Part shown: positions 1 through 11,860 of the stretch, in pieces
Numbering within the stretch: the stretch's first letter is position 1
Layout: each line of letters starts with the position of its first letter
Program-made: the position numbers and the translations under genes
The notes under the pieces: model-generated
Seen by the model: the letters and a program-made list of their open reading frames with translations, nothing else
Told to the model about the DNA's origin: nothing
The model's database searches: none
Assembly (NCBI GenBank): GCA_965637545.1
Contig: OZ281495.1
Location: 12,524,001 to 12,588,000 of the forward strand
DNA from: Phallusia mammillata
Taxonomy: Eukaryota
DNA: 64,000 nucleotides
Reading direction: 5' to 3'

Positions 1-396
1 AGCAAAATTTTTAAAACGCAGTATTATTCTCAAAAGGATAATTGCCAAATTATAATTTATCATTTTGCAAGGAGAAAATACTTAATTTTTTTTACTGTTT
101 GTTAAAGGAAAACCACTTATCTTTTGAGACATTATGGAAAATTGAAAAAAAATGTTGAAATTGCGGCACAATTAGGCCCTATGTGTAGTCAAACACGAAT
201 AAAGCCCAAACCGTTTTACAACATTTACAAAACACATGCAAATAACAAAAGTAATTTTCCTCCAAGATTGTGATTGATGTTGTATTGTTTCTGCGGTGCT
301 TGGTAGAACTCCCCATGAACCGGCAATGTACTCAGTGTTACTTTATCATACTCACACAAAAATACTTCAACAAAGGCGTTGATTTCATTTACTCAG

Positions 397-3300
397 CAAC
401 ACCTATGCAAGAGTGAAGAGCTACTCGGACAAGATCTGGAAATTTCAGCGTTATCTCACTATCGTTGAGTTCGAGCTTCGTCCGGTGCTTCCCCCTCCCC
501 TTATACTTCTCAGTTACGTTGTCATGATCCTGCAGCGTCTTTGCAAAAAACGCAAGAACGTTACTTCAGATCGAGGGCTCAGTAAGTACTATAGGCCCAG
601 ATCAATGGTTCTTAACCGTTTTTATTAACGTTTTCCCTGAGAACGACTCCAGTAACTGATTTTTTGAGTCTGATTGGATACAACTGTCCAATGTCCATGT
701 ATCGTATTTCAGAACTATTTCTGGATGAAGATGACGTTGAAAAGTTACATGACTTCGAAGAAGAATGTGTAGACGAATTTTTCCGTGGTAACAATATCTC
801 AACGTTGGGTGAAAGCATTCACAATGACAAACAGAAGTCAGACGAAAAGTAAGTCTTTGTTGTTGTTTTTGTCATTTTATCTCGATAAGCACCAACATAT
901 TTTTGTACCATGGTTAGTTTTCATAGAAACAAAAAAACGATGTCAAAACTTTTAACATGCTGCGTTGGATTAAAATTAATCACTGTACCCATTAACATAA
1001 TGGTCGATATTTAGGATATAATAAGTGTTAAAAGGAGAATATGTTTTTCAACACCCTAAGTTGCCAGCAGTGATTTTTTAACTTGGTTCGACAGGCGTCC
1101 TCAAAATTATAAACATTCAAACGTTGTTGGTTTAGAAAGTGAAATAGGGGATAGGCCAATGGTTATAAATTTACGTTTACAAAACTTACATTTATATGGA
1201 GACTTTATGGCTGATACAAACACCTTCATTTTACAATCTATTTCAGTTCCGCAAAATTTAGACTATTCAACTTTCCAATCTTGTACAGGGAAAGCGGAAT
1301 TTCGTTTAAATGATGGCATTTTTTTCTACAGACTGTTGCCCCTCGAGAGATTACTTGATACGATGGAAGATATGTGTGAGCGGGAAATACTTCTTACCAA
1401 TCAAATCGACGATCTTAACGAAAGACTTGCTCACCTGGAAGACATTAATATCAAGGTAGACGATTTAAATCCCTCCAGTACGAGTTTTTTAGTCGACTCA
1501 TACTGTTTTGTCCGTATTTTTTTTCTGTCTAAATCTGGTTTGTTCCAACCATTTGGTCACAGAAGAGTATTCAAATTTGCAAACGTGTTAGTTGGTTATC
1601 CGAATTTGATCCTCTAAAAGTCTAAAAGATTGATCTCAGGTCCCTAAAACATGACACAGAATCAAGTATCCCATCGTTCGTTATCGCACATTGCTTTTTT
1701 TGCTGCTTAGTGCTGGATCAAAAATTGCTGAACATCGTATGCACAATGATATGCATAAATTTCAAGGCGTTTCAGTACTGAATGGCAAATGCATAAAGAC
1801 GTCTATAGCAAATAATGTAACAACGGGCGTGCACAAAATTGGAATTATTTTTGTTTTGGTTTAAATAACAAAGCGATAGTGCTTCGATTTCATAATCAGT
1901 CAACAAAAACTGTTGTGTAATCAGTGATCGTCGACATAAAATGCATTTACTATTGTATGGAAAGATCCTGTATAAATGTAAAAGCATATGAGCCAATAAA
2001 TGATAAGCTGCAGACAGTGCACACTGTTTCGACCTATAAGGTCTCATCAGTGCAGCTGGTGACGAGAGATCGGCCGCATTGGCTAGTGTAGCCATCAAAC
2101 GGCACCCCAGTTTGTGGTGAGCAACAGGGTACAACCCCATACATCACCCAGTCTGTGCGATGCCACAACTGGGCATACAGCACAAATGAAACTGGCTCAC
2201 AGTGGCCAAGCAACTATCATATCCTGTATAAAATATGATATTTTTAGTTGTTGGGTCGCCACATCAGCGGATCATCGGCTAATCTCCGATCTCGTCAAAA
2301 CACAGGAAGGACAGAATCTTTATCCGAAACCGACCGCTATCTTCCAGCTCCGTCAGAACTAGGTAACAAAAATGTTGCATTATTTCATAATTCAGTATTA
2401 TCCATTTTGCCTTGTCAACTATTGATAGGAAATTTTATAAATATTAGCAATTTAAACAATTTCAATTCTTGGCCCTAAGGCCCGATCCACACTGGTTAAT
2501 TGCTCGCACGCACGATCGCTCGCTTGGCTTGGAATTGCGTCGGCGTTGACCACATTGTCTACTTCATGCTTGGTTGACTGCTAACATTTTGTCAAGACTA
2601 AATGATATGAAATCCCGCATAAGATTATTAAACATAACGTTTCCTGAATAATATTTGCTTTATTACTCATTTCTATATATTTGCTGATCTGTGATTACTA
2701 GCTGGCACAACGTAACGAGTTTAAACATTATCTGGTATTTATGTAACATCGTTTGGGATACACAAAATATATCAAAGAACATATATATGCAGTTTTACTA
2801 ACATAAACACCATGTGGCTCAACCCCTGCATAGCAAATTCGTTCACTTTTGCCTGCACGCGCTGCCCGAACAATGGATTTTCAATTCGGCTGCGAGCGAC
2901 GCACGCAGCGTGAGATCAAGCTCGCGCCGCCTGCGGACAAAACATTAATAAACAAAGATCGTGCGAGCAGTGTGGATGGGGCCTAAGAGATGATTATGTA
3001 GCCCAGCTTTTTTCAGTTATGTTTTAGTCTAAATGCCCGTTTAAAGCAGTATTAAATATATTTCATTTCAAAAAATATTGTTAATCAACTTATTCAATAC
3101 ATTCTTGTTGTGAATTAAACAATTTCGTTACTTAGGACCTCTACCTGAAACAAGCGCAGCACGAGCTTGGATGTCATTACGTCATCGCTCAAGAATACGT
3201 CAAGACTCGGAAATGAGTTCAGCGAGCGACTGGCATCCCATCAACTTCGGCAACTCCAGGTTCGTAAGTCTTTCGTAGGTGAACATAAGACTGTATGAAA

Positions 3301-6300
3301 GACGGCATTTTCCACCAGAGTATGTAAACTGGTTTCTAAAAACCGTGCTTATACAGAAATCGTCCTGAACCAATCGGCCCTCATTATTGATGATACCAGT
3401 TGTGGATAATGTATACTAAACTAAAGCTTTCAGTATCCTTAAATTAATCTGTGTTTTTTTTTGTCAGAATCAGATTTAAGTGTATACTGAAAATTTCAGT
3501 TTAGTATAAACCAGCGGTTCTGAAACTGGGGTCCGCGAGGCAATTTGGGGGGACCCCGAAAAGGTTGAAGTACTTCTACAATCTTATTTGGAGTCGGTTT
3601 GTGCCACTGAATCAGTTCAAATCAAAGTAGAATTGAGAATCGACTGTCCATCCATTGCAAAACAATAGCATTTATTGCATGATAACTAACAAAAAAATTG
3701 TTCGCGCACAATCGTAATGTTTTTGTCTTGTCTGTGATGTCACAACCAGTTTTTGGATCGTTGTTATGCGCATTTTTTCATAACTAGGTAAAATCCTGCA
3801 ATCAACTTTCGTTTTTCTGAAATACACATTCAGGCTGCCGCGAGCCCTCGAAAAATGGCAAAGGGACCGTTTTGAAAAAAATATGAAAAAGTTTGAGAAC
3901 CACTGGTATAAACGCTTTTTTTATTTGAATTGGGATAAGGACATAACGGTTATTTTTTACGTGGTTTAGAACACGGAGCTGCGACAAAAGCAAGACGTCA
4001 ATTTTACCGGAATTGGAAAAACCTTTGCGAAGAACCAATTCCACAGGTCAGTTATGTTGCGCAGTTTTTTAAAACGTTTACAAAGTCGTGTGAAATGTTT
4101 GATTGTTGCAACAGAACATAAGTTTTTGTCCCGCCCTGAAAGATTTTCAACATTTTACTTTCGTACAAATCAGAATTCTTGTTTTTTCTAGTGGTTGGTG
4201 AAGTTTTTATTTTATTGCCATTGTCGATCCATTTTTATTTAATATAAAGAAAAATTGAATCATAACACTAAAACTTTGGACAATATCGCATGTAATGTCA
4301 CTAGTGCTACAAAAATGTTTGTGCCATCTTTAACAGAAACGTTTAAATAACTAAGTATGATTATTGGCAACCACATATGGGACTTTGAATTAAATTTGTA
4401 TCCAATTTTTTTAAACAAAAACACCTTGCTAAAGCCCAGATATTAACGAAATATTCTGTAGGCGTGTTGGCCGACAATAAATCAGACAATCTGCTGCAAG
4501 TTCCAAGCGATCGGTCCAAGTTTGGTTTCACCACACAAATGTCAATGCCCGATGACGAACTGAAGTCTCTCTCGTGTCAGGATATTATGCTGGCAAGCTC
4601 TGAACACAGGTTGAAGTTTATGCCTGCTTCTGGCACTGACAGAGATGGAAACGATCAGGCTGCTCCAATTGGCCAAAGGTAAGTTGTTTTGTTTAGTGTT
4701 AACCACCACCCCTTAAAATCGCTTCACTTGTCGAAATCGTAATCGGTCGACCGACGTCATTTACTTGTGACGTTGCGCATGGGCTTGTGCCAAACTGGTG
4801 ACCGATCAAAAAATGGATGTTTTGAAACGAATCGTGTGTTGTTAATGTAAACCAGTCGCACTGCAAAACACATTTTCGAATGTATATGCTGAACAAGACA
4901 CAAAAGACTTATTAGTTGTGTAGAGACAACATATGTTAGACATTAAGTTCAAAGAATAAAAAGTTTGGTTTTAGAGATTTCTCAATAAAAATCGACCGAC
5001 TTTATAGTTTCATACAGTTAAACATACTGCTTAAATACTTGACATAAGTGGTTTCAATAAACTCTTGTTTTTTAACTACGTTGTTGTTGTCAAAAATTGC
5101 ATGCTTTTACCCTTAAACATTGTTTCACACTAGGAGCGGGTCGTCACTACACCGTCACGTCGCCATCGACGAAGACGTGACTCAGCAGAGATATGATGAC
5201 GCAGCAAGTCAGTGTAGCGGCGTTTGGTTGTCAGATCCAGCTCCAAAGGACACGCCACCCCCACAAAGGACTACACGGCGATCGAACGAAATCACACCCC
5301 CAAGAAGTAGTTTATCGTGTTTTGAACTCAGTCCCGTGTCTGAAGGTGCAGGGAAATCTCACTTTGAAAACAAGACCATTGCGACCGAATTGCCGCTGTT
5401 GAACGGACTAACAGACGTCGCGACAAGCTCGGTGTCGAAGAATAACCGCCCAAAGCTATCACTTACTTCTAATGCAAGCTTTGGTACGTATATTTCAAGC
5501 GACAATGCTGAAAGGTGCCAAAACTGTTTCACCCCTTTGCAGGAATTGATGGTAAAGTTAAGTTTGTTTGACATGCTGAAAATTTACCCCAAAATTTATT
5601 TAACATTCTTATTTTCCAAATAACCCAATTTTACTTATGTTTATTTACCCCTATGCATGTCAAAGGAGTAGACTTATTCCTGGTTGGAAAAATCTTGGAT
5701 TTTCTATTGGTTGTGGCGTAACAGACATATGTAGTTTATTCTTATCTTCAAAAACTAAAATGTTTTAACACACCAAGTAAAGACTTAAAAAATAACTTAA
5801 TTAAAAAGCTGCCAGAGAGCTGGTACATAAAAAGTACATAATACTGGCATTTTAACAAATAGCTGTCGTTAGAAAAAAAACGTCTGCCTTTACTGAATAC
5901 AAGTTTTAATGTCATGATTTTATAATCTTTTCTTTTTATTAAATCTTGTTTTATAAATCTTAACGTTATATTTACAAAACAGCAACTGCCTAAAACAATG
6001 CCACCCGGCGCAACTTATATGTTGATAACAACTGAAAGAAACTATGCGTAAAGCCCAATATTTTTCCTTCAGACAAATCGTCCAGCATGAAGAAGCGATA
6101 CAATGCAACACCGACTCTCAGCATACGACCTTCCCCCGGCTTGCCCAGGCCCCACTATAAAAGCATCACAGACACAATTGACACTTCAAGGTGGCATGAA
6201 ATCTACGCACCTCTAGCCCCACAAACCCCATTTGACTGCTGGTGGAAGGTAAAAGCTAGATTCAAATACTGGGTCTTAGATTTGAATGGAAAATCAAATC

Positions 6301-7317
6301 AGCAAACGGATTTTTTTAAAGTTGCCGATATTTCGATTTTTTAGCATATCATTACAATAAACCCATCCATCGCTGCTTCTTGTGACAAAAACAAACAAAG
6401 ATTGGGATAATTATGTACGCTTGCGGCCTGGCTCGCAAAAACCAGCGCTAAATCACATACACACTTTAAAACTGTTTAGCCGTCCATCGATTTTGTTTTA
6501 ACGTTTGAATTTTTTCCCGCCTCGCAGGAGCCTGATTTCGACAGCACTAAGCCAATCCGCTACAGCGATCAAACTTCGCTCAGTGAATGGGAGGATTGTG
6601 AGCTGGACAATAGCAGAAGAAAGTAAGTTGTATTGCGACTTTTTGGTTATAATAACTTAACCCCCTTTAGAATACCGTAACAGTCTTTCCGAATTACACT
6701 TATGAGAGATGTAGTAATAATACTTCTGTAGGCCAGCTTGTCTGTTGAGCATGTGTATGAATTTAAAAAGCTTTGGGATCCATAAATTTTAGTTAACCCA
6801 TCAAATCCATTTGGTTACAACTTGCATAAACGTTTGTGACTAAATCCACGATTTTAGATTTTACTCTTTCATTAAACCTCTTGGACTGAACCAAAGAAAA
6901 AAAATCCCAAAATTGATTGAAAAACACTGTAAAATTTCTTGTAAAAATAGATGAACACTGTGAAAATAGGTTTGGTTTGATCTTAAATGTTGAGATGTAC
7001 AGGCTCTTACTAGGTATATATGAAAAAAATCAACACCAATTCTTTCTTACAGGAGCAAGAAACACATGAACAAGCATAAGAAGCACATGCACCGAAAACG
7101 TGACAAGCTTGTCATTGCAGAGTTAGAGGAAGACCCTAGTGTCTCAAAATCGGTTCCTACAACTCCCAGGATGGGCCGTAATGTGAACAACAATGCAACA
7201 GACCCCCTGTGTTCCACTGCCACTTTTCCACGCTCACGATCTCACACTCACTCATTGCGCAAGTCTTATTCCCAGACCAGCTGTGTTGATAGCCTTCGAC
7301 TGCTGCCCGACGACTAG
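397..7317 (+). CDS. TRPM1/3-like cation channel, 3' part only (post-TRP-box region, coiled coil, long C-tail, no alpha-kinase); 5' end outside window
   Basis: GT-AG exons 397-581, 713-848, 1332-1455, 2248-2362, 3136-3259, 3970-4046, 4462-4678, 5134-5483, 6073-6248, 6528-6622, 7053-7317 join in frame. Motifs IWKFQRY..EFELRPVLPPPL and GLKLFLDEDDVEKLHDFEEEC are TRPM1/3/6/7-group signatures. YKSITDTIDT resembles the TRPM1/3 tail motif. Confidence 0.9.
1977..2220 (-). mobile_element. 244-bp hammerhead-containing insertion (retrozyme/SINE-like) in a TRPM intron
   Basis: Flanked by an exact 12-bp direct repeat ATCCTGTATAAA (1965-1976 and 2221-2232). GC-richer than the flanks, with several internal hairpins and a complete hammerhead core. 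Confidence 0.75.
2006..2057 (-). ncRNA. Type I hammerhead ribozyme
   Basis: Minus strand reads AGCUGCA-CUGAUGA-GACC(UUAUA)GGUC-GAAA-CAGUG(UG)CACUG-UC-UGCAGCU: 7-bp stem I, full core, 4-bp stem II, stem III and GUC cleavage triplet. Confidence 0.93.
2479..2983. mobile_element. PIF/Harbinger (Tourist-like) MITE
   Basis: TIRs GGCCCGATCCACACTG / CAGTGTGGATGGGGCC with extended subterminal GCTCGCACG match; TAA duplication at 2476-2478 and 2984-2986. Confidence 0.85.
3411..3510. repeat. Imperfect ~35-bp inverted repeat (small foldback) whose right arm is the target site of the adjacent hAT MITE
   Basis: GTATACTAAACTAAAGCTTTCAGTATCCTTAAAT vs ATTTAAGTGTATACTGAAAATTTCAGTTTAGTATA. Confidence 0.55.
3512..3905. 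mobile_element. hAT (Charlie-type) MITE
   Basis: TIRs CAGCGGTTCTGAAACT / AGTTTGAGAACCACTG; exact 8-bp TSD GTATAAAC (3504-3511, 3906-3913). Confidence 0.9.
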
Positions 7318-8178
7318 AGATTCTTTTTTAATACTGTTTTACATACGTATATACACACATCACACTAGTATTTTTTCACTATTATGCCTGTCACACATAT
7401 ATGACCCAAGATGCTTTGCAAGGTTTTTTTTTTAATAAGTTCTCTTTGTTTTTTAATTAATACCAAAATTTGGAAATGGTTGACTGCCCAAAGCATGTTG
7501 GAAAATCAATTTATGACATGTATAAGCATGTATGTTGCAATTGATGGATTGGGCTATGTTTGCAACATGTACTACTTTGAGTTTTTTTCTAGTCTTGAGG
7601 TTTAAATACATGCTTCAGCTTGTACTTGCTTTTCATAAAATGAAAACGCTTTTAATAATTTTTTGCTTCTAACCTAAATTAATTATCGTACTTGCCATGA
7701 CATTTTGCACCCACTCTTGGACATTTTAATGGCACCACAAATCTTGTCATACTGCAACACTATTTTGAAATGACTAGTTAATTATATTTTAGGCCAACTT
7801 ACCCCAGTTGCTAACAAAGGACTTAAAAATAAAATTCCTCCTATGCAACATATATTTTTAAGCTTTCCTTTAATGAAATATTATAAACTTGTACAATTGG
7901 GTTACAATAGTAAACTATTGCTGGGAACACTAAGCTAAAGCATGTTGTTCTATCATCTCAACACATTTTATGTAATCAACTCATTTGTTGTGTCTCACAG
8001 CATTTTTGCTGCCCATTTCTTGTCACTGAATGAACTGCGAATTAGAAAATTACCTTTATGCCAGACTGTGATGTCTCTCTATAAAATGCTTCTTGCACAA
8101 ACCACATGTATAACCCAACTCTGTTGCCACACCCTTGTTTCTTTTATTAATTGCGGTGTCAATAAAAATGAAAAAAAA

Positions 8179-10926
8179 TCAGTATTCCAGCGTACAGATG
8201 TTTACATGAGGAAAAGCAATGAAGTCTCCTATCTTGTTTCCTTGCCTGTCGTAATGTAGTTTTTTAAAACAATTGTCACAGAAAAATGTTGGATCATCCG
8301 TTGATAAACTGTCATTCCTTGTCACCCATTTCGGTAAGTACAGGTTGCACAACTTTAAAGAAGAATTTAATGATTAAGAAAACTGCACTTGCAACCTGTT
8401 TTAGTTAACCAAAGCAGCCTGGAGGATAGTTGATCAGTAAAACCTTACAAAAGTTACTGAAAAATCTTAACACCAATAACATACCTTGCAAGGAAAGGTT
8501 CGGAATTTAGCTCTGGAAACAGCTATGGGGTAAGCACTGCGCGATTGACAGTCGCTTGAGTTTAGTAACCTAAATAATTTGAAGTGAAATAGTAATATTT
8601 GAAAACACCTGTTTCTAATTACCTTTTCATAGTCAACTTTAAAGTCATGAACAGAATCAAATTATTATCACAGAATATTTAAAACAGCTTAAATGTTGAT
8701 TGGCCATACTTACAGCTAGTATTAACCAACCAAGTTTATTTCAAATCTTTCAAAAGACAAAGTACAGTACCTGATATCTTTAAACACAACCAAGTGTTCA
8801 CAGTTTCCCTGATGACAATAAAGGTAAGGATAGCCAAGTCTCAATTTAAGGTCATTGAATGTACAATCACCCATGCTCAGTTCATTGCAGTTTTCGGGAA
8901 CACTTGTTTCATTTTCTTTTGTCCATTTCAAAATGTTTCTGCACATAAAATCTGTTGTATAAATTGGAAGAATATGACATACTGTACCTGAAGTATGAAA
9001 TATTACTTACTTGCTAAGCTCTATGCAAGGTGGTCGGGTGTCATTAAAAAATGTGTTCTCGATTAAAAAGAATGATGAGGGGCATACATCCTTTAATTTT
9101 ATGTCTGTTGGATGATTTGGGTTGTCAGTAAAATGACCAATTGGCTGTAGGTCGAAATCACATGGAATTTTGTCGCGCAGTTCTGTTAATTTCTGCCAAA
9201 AACAATATTGCAAATTTTGGCCCTTTTGTTAGTCAATATATTTATGTTATCAAGTGTCTAATTGCAAAATTTTAATAGAGAGATAAAAAAATCCAAAGCC
9301 ACAAGCAGAATTTTATGTAGTGTACATACCTGGCTACCAAGAGCATAAAAATCAACACTGCAGTTTTTGTAATCCCTTATATTTTTAGAAAAATTAACAC
9401 AAACAGTCAAAACCACATTAGGATAGGATACTTGATCCTCTGGACTTTTCACTTTGATTGTTTCAAGCCGGGCTCTCTGCAAGTAAAAAAACACTATTAA
9501 AACAGCTCAAGACTTTTTTGACTAAATCCAGAGCCCAAGATCTACAAACATATCAATAAATTTTAATATTACAGTGCTTTTCTGATTATCAGTTCCAATT
9601 GGGGAAACAGAGATCATAAGAATAAAAAAATGTAAATAATGTTTTCACTTATGTTTGTTTGCAGAAAAATTTACGATTTTTGTATTGAACCCACAAAGTG
9701 GCATAAATGGGGAAGCTTGTAAATTAATTTCTTTCGGCCACAAACTTGAGCCAACATGCAAACTGTTTTTGTTCATTTCACTATAACATGACCTTATAAT
9801 GTAATTCATCAGACAACTGTATAACTATTACCCTATTGGCAAAGTTTCGACTTTAGTTGACACACACAAAGGGAGATTTTTTTTTTAGTTGACACACACG
9901 AAGCAGATTTAGTTGACACACACAAAGGGACTTTTTACTAACCAGTTCACAGTCTATCTCATTGTATTTGCTTCTTAGTAACACAGGTTTTCCCTTTTCT
10001 GGATGATATGCTGATTTGCGCCAATGCTCCAATGTTACTAAACCAGTGTTTTTAGGAATAAGCTCAGAAGAATCCCAGTTTATCACCTCAGATTCACGAG
10101 CACAGTACAATGAAGATGGGCTGTAACAAAAAGGGATTTTTTTGAAGATCAATAATTTGCCACAAAAGCGTGCCACAAAACAGGCTAAAGAAAAATGTTT
10201 TTAGAAATGTTGTTTTAACTGAAACATTATGGAGTAAAAAATAATCCTTTGCCACTTATCTAATAAATGAATAATTTAATCAAATGCAAGATAAACAAAG
10301 GGAAGTTTGTAAGGGATTTTATGATTTATAGTCAAGTGGGGTAAAAAAAACAATTTTTGGAAACTTTGTTGCCAAACTTTTATTTTGGGAAACTAAAGGT
10401 CAGTTTTTCTTCCCAACAAAGCTGATAGGACTACTTTTATAGTTATGTGACAAGTTTTTTATTTTACTAAAAAACAAAAAAATATTTGACAAAGGCAGAG
10501 AATAAATACATCCTATGAAAAAGGAAGCAGCAACCTGAAAACTGAGACAATCTTTTTTGTGAGAGAAAATTGTGAAAAAGAAACTCTAATAGTTTGTTAA
10601 TTTTTTGCGAAAAATAGCAACCTGCACACTTGCTCGAGCTCTTCTACTGTTTCTTCATCCACTTTCATTGCTTTGCTCAGGTTTTCAACACTAAACTCTT
10701 CCTTCTTTGTTGGATCCATGTCTTCTTCGGACAAAAGCAACTTGCAATCGGACTGCAACAATCAAATTTTGCAAAATCTTAAGTTCAACAAACAAACAAC
10801 AACAAATGGTTTCAAAACAACACTTACCTCAAACTGACCAATGTGAACTAGTGGAGAAATATATCCATGTTCTTCGGCAAGTGTAATAAGTTCCCTTTGT
10901 TGACCAATCAAATTCAACTTCGGCAT
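8179..10926 (-). CDS. SNAPC3: snRNA-activating protein complex subunit 3 (SNAP50)
   Basis: Multi-exon, from ATG 10926 (MPKLNLIGQ) to TGA 8179. Diagnostic LGYPYLYCHQGNCEH and C-terminal zinc-finger region CKLC..WVTRND..DDPTFFCDNCFKKLHYDRQGNKIGDFIAFP. Confidence 0.93.
9852..9935. repeat. Three copies of TTTAGTTGACACACAC(A/G)AAG next to a SNAPC3 5' splice site
   Basis: Read directly from the sequence. Confidence 0.8.
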
Positions 10927-11860
10927 ATTGGCAAATGCTAAAGTTTTTGGAACAACAGCCCCAATTATTTTGACCAAACAAACAATCAACAAACACAACA
11001 CTGCAGAACGTGTTCCTTGCGTTCGGGAAATTCCCCAAATGCAGTCAAGCATGGAATTAAAAAGTTATTTAAGAAAGGTGCTTAATACAGACAGTCACGT
11101 TAAAGGCATTATTGATTAAACAAAACCACTGCGTTTCGATATTGGTGAGATGATGTTTCAATATATCCTGCCTTGATTTACGTGTCGTAAATCGCTCATA
11201 TAGACTTGAAAAACTAACAACGCCGCAACTGAAAATAACGACTAAACTGCTCAAATTTACTGACCGGTAGCGTTGAATTGGCAAACTTTTGCGTTATAAC
11301 TTTATCAAATGTGGCACTATTTCATCATAAAATTAATAAAGATGAATCAGGTAATTTTATTTTAACATTTTTTGATTTTGTTTGTTTATTTAATGCTAGT
11401 TTTGTTTCTTCATACAAATTCACTCGTTGCGTGTTTTGTAATTCTTCTCGCGTCAGTTGGTCGCCAATCGAACGAGAATTTGGTTCGCGGTAAATTTTAA
11501 TTTTTCTTGTAGTTTTTGTTGTTTGATAGAAAAATACAGCTTTGTGCAGTTGAAGTCAATTATTTGTATGTAAGTGTTTATGTTATCTGAGTTGGGTTAC
11601 TTTGGATTTGGAAAAGTGGCCTTTTGGTTATGCATAGTCAATGTAACTATCGGCTATTTAAAAGTTAAAACTAACATCATTGTTTTTTTGTTTGGAATGT
11701 TTGCAAAGTTTTATTTTTACAAAATGCTAAAAAATAACATCGTTACTTTTCCCAAACTATTGCATAAACAATAGCATTTGCTACTGTATAAAAAAATGAT
11801 CAAATCATTGTTTTTATCTTCCAATTAAGGCATTACCGGTAACTTGTATTAAAATTAAAC
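10927..11860. promoter_or_regulatory. Divergent (bidirectional) promoter region SNAPC3 / CENPJ, with a probable CENPJ 5'UTR intron (~11570-11829)
   Basis: Start codons are head-to-head, about 0.93 kb apart. CpG-richer patch ~11150-11500; GTAAGT donor at 11570 and AG acceptor at 11828-11829. Confidence 0.55.

Noticed and set aside
6073-7317. TRPM6/7-type alpha-kinase or TRPM2-type NUDT9 domain
   Set aside because: The tail is low-complexity up to the stop at 7317, with no enzyme motifs.
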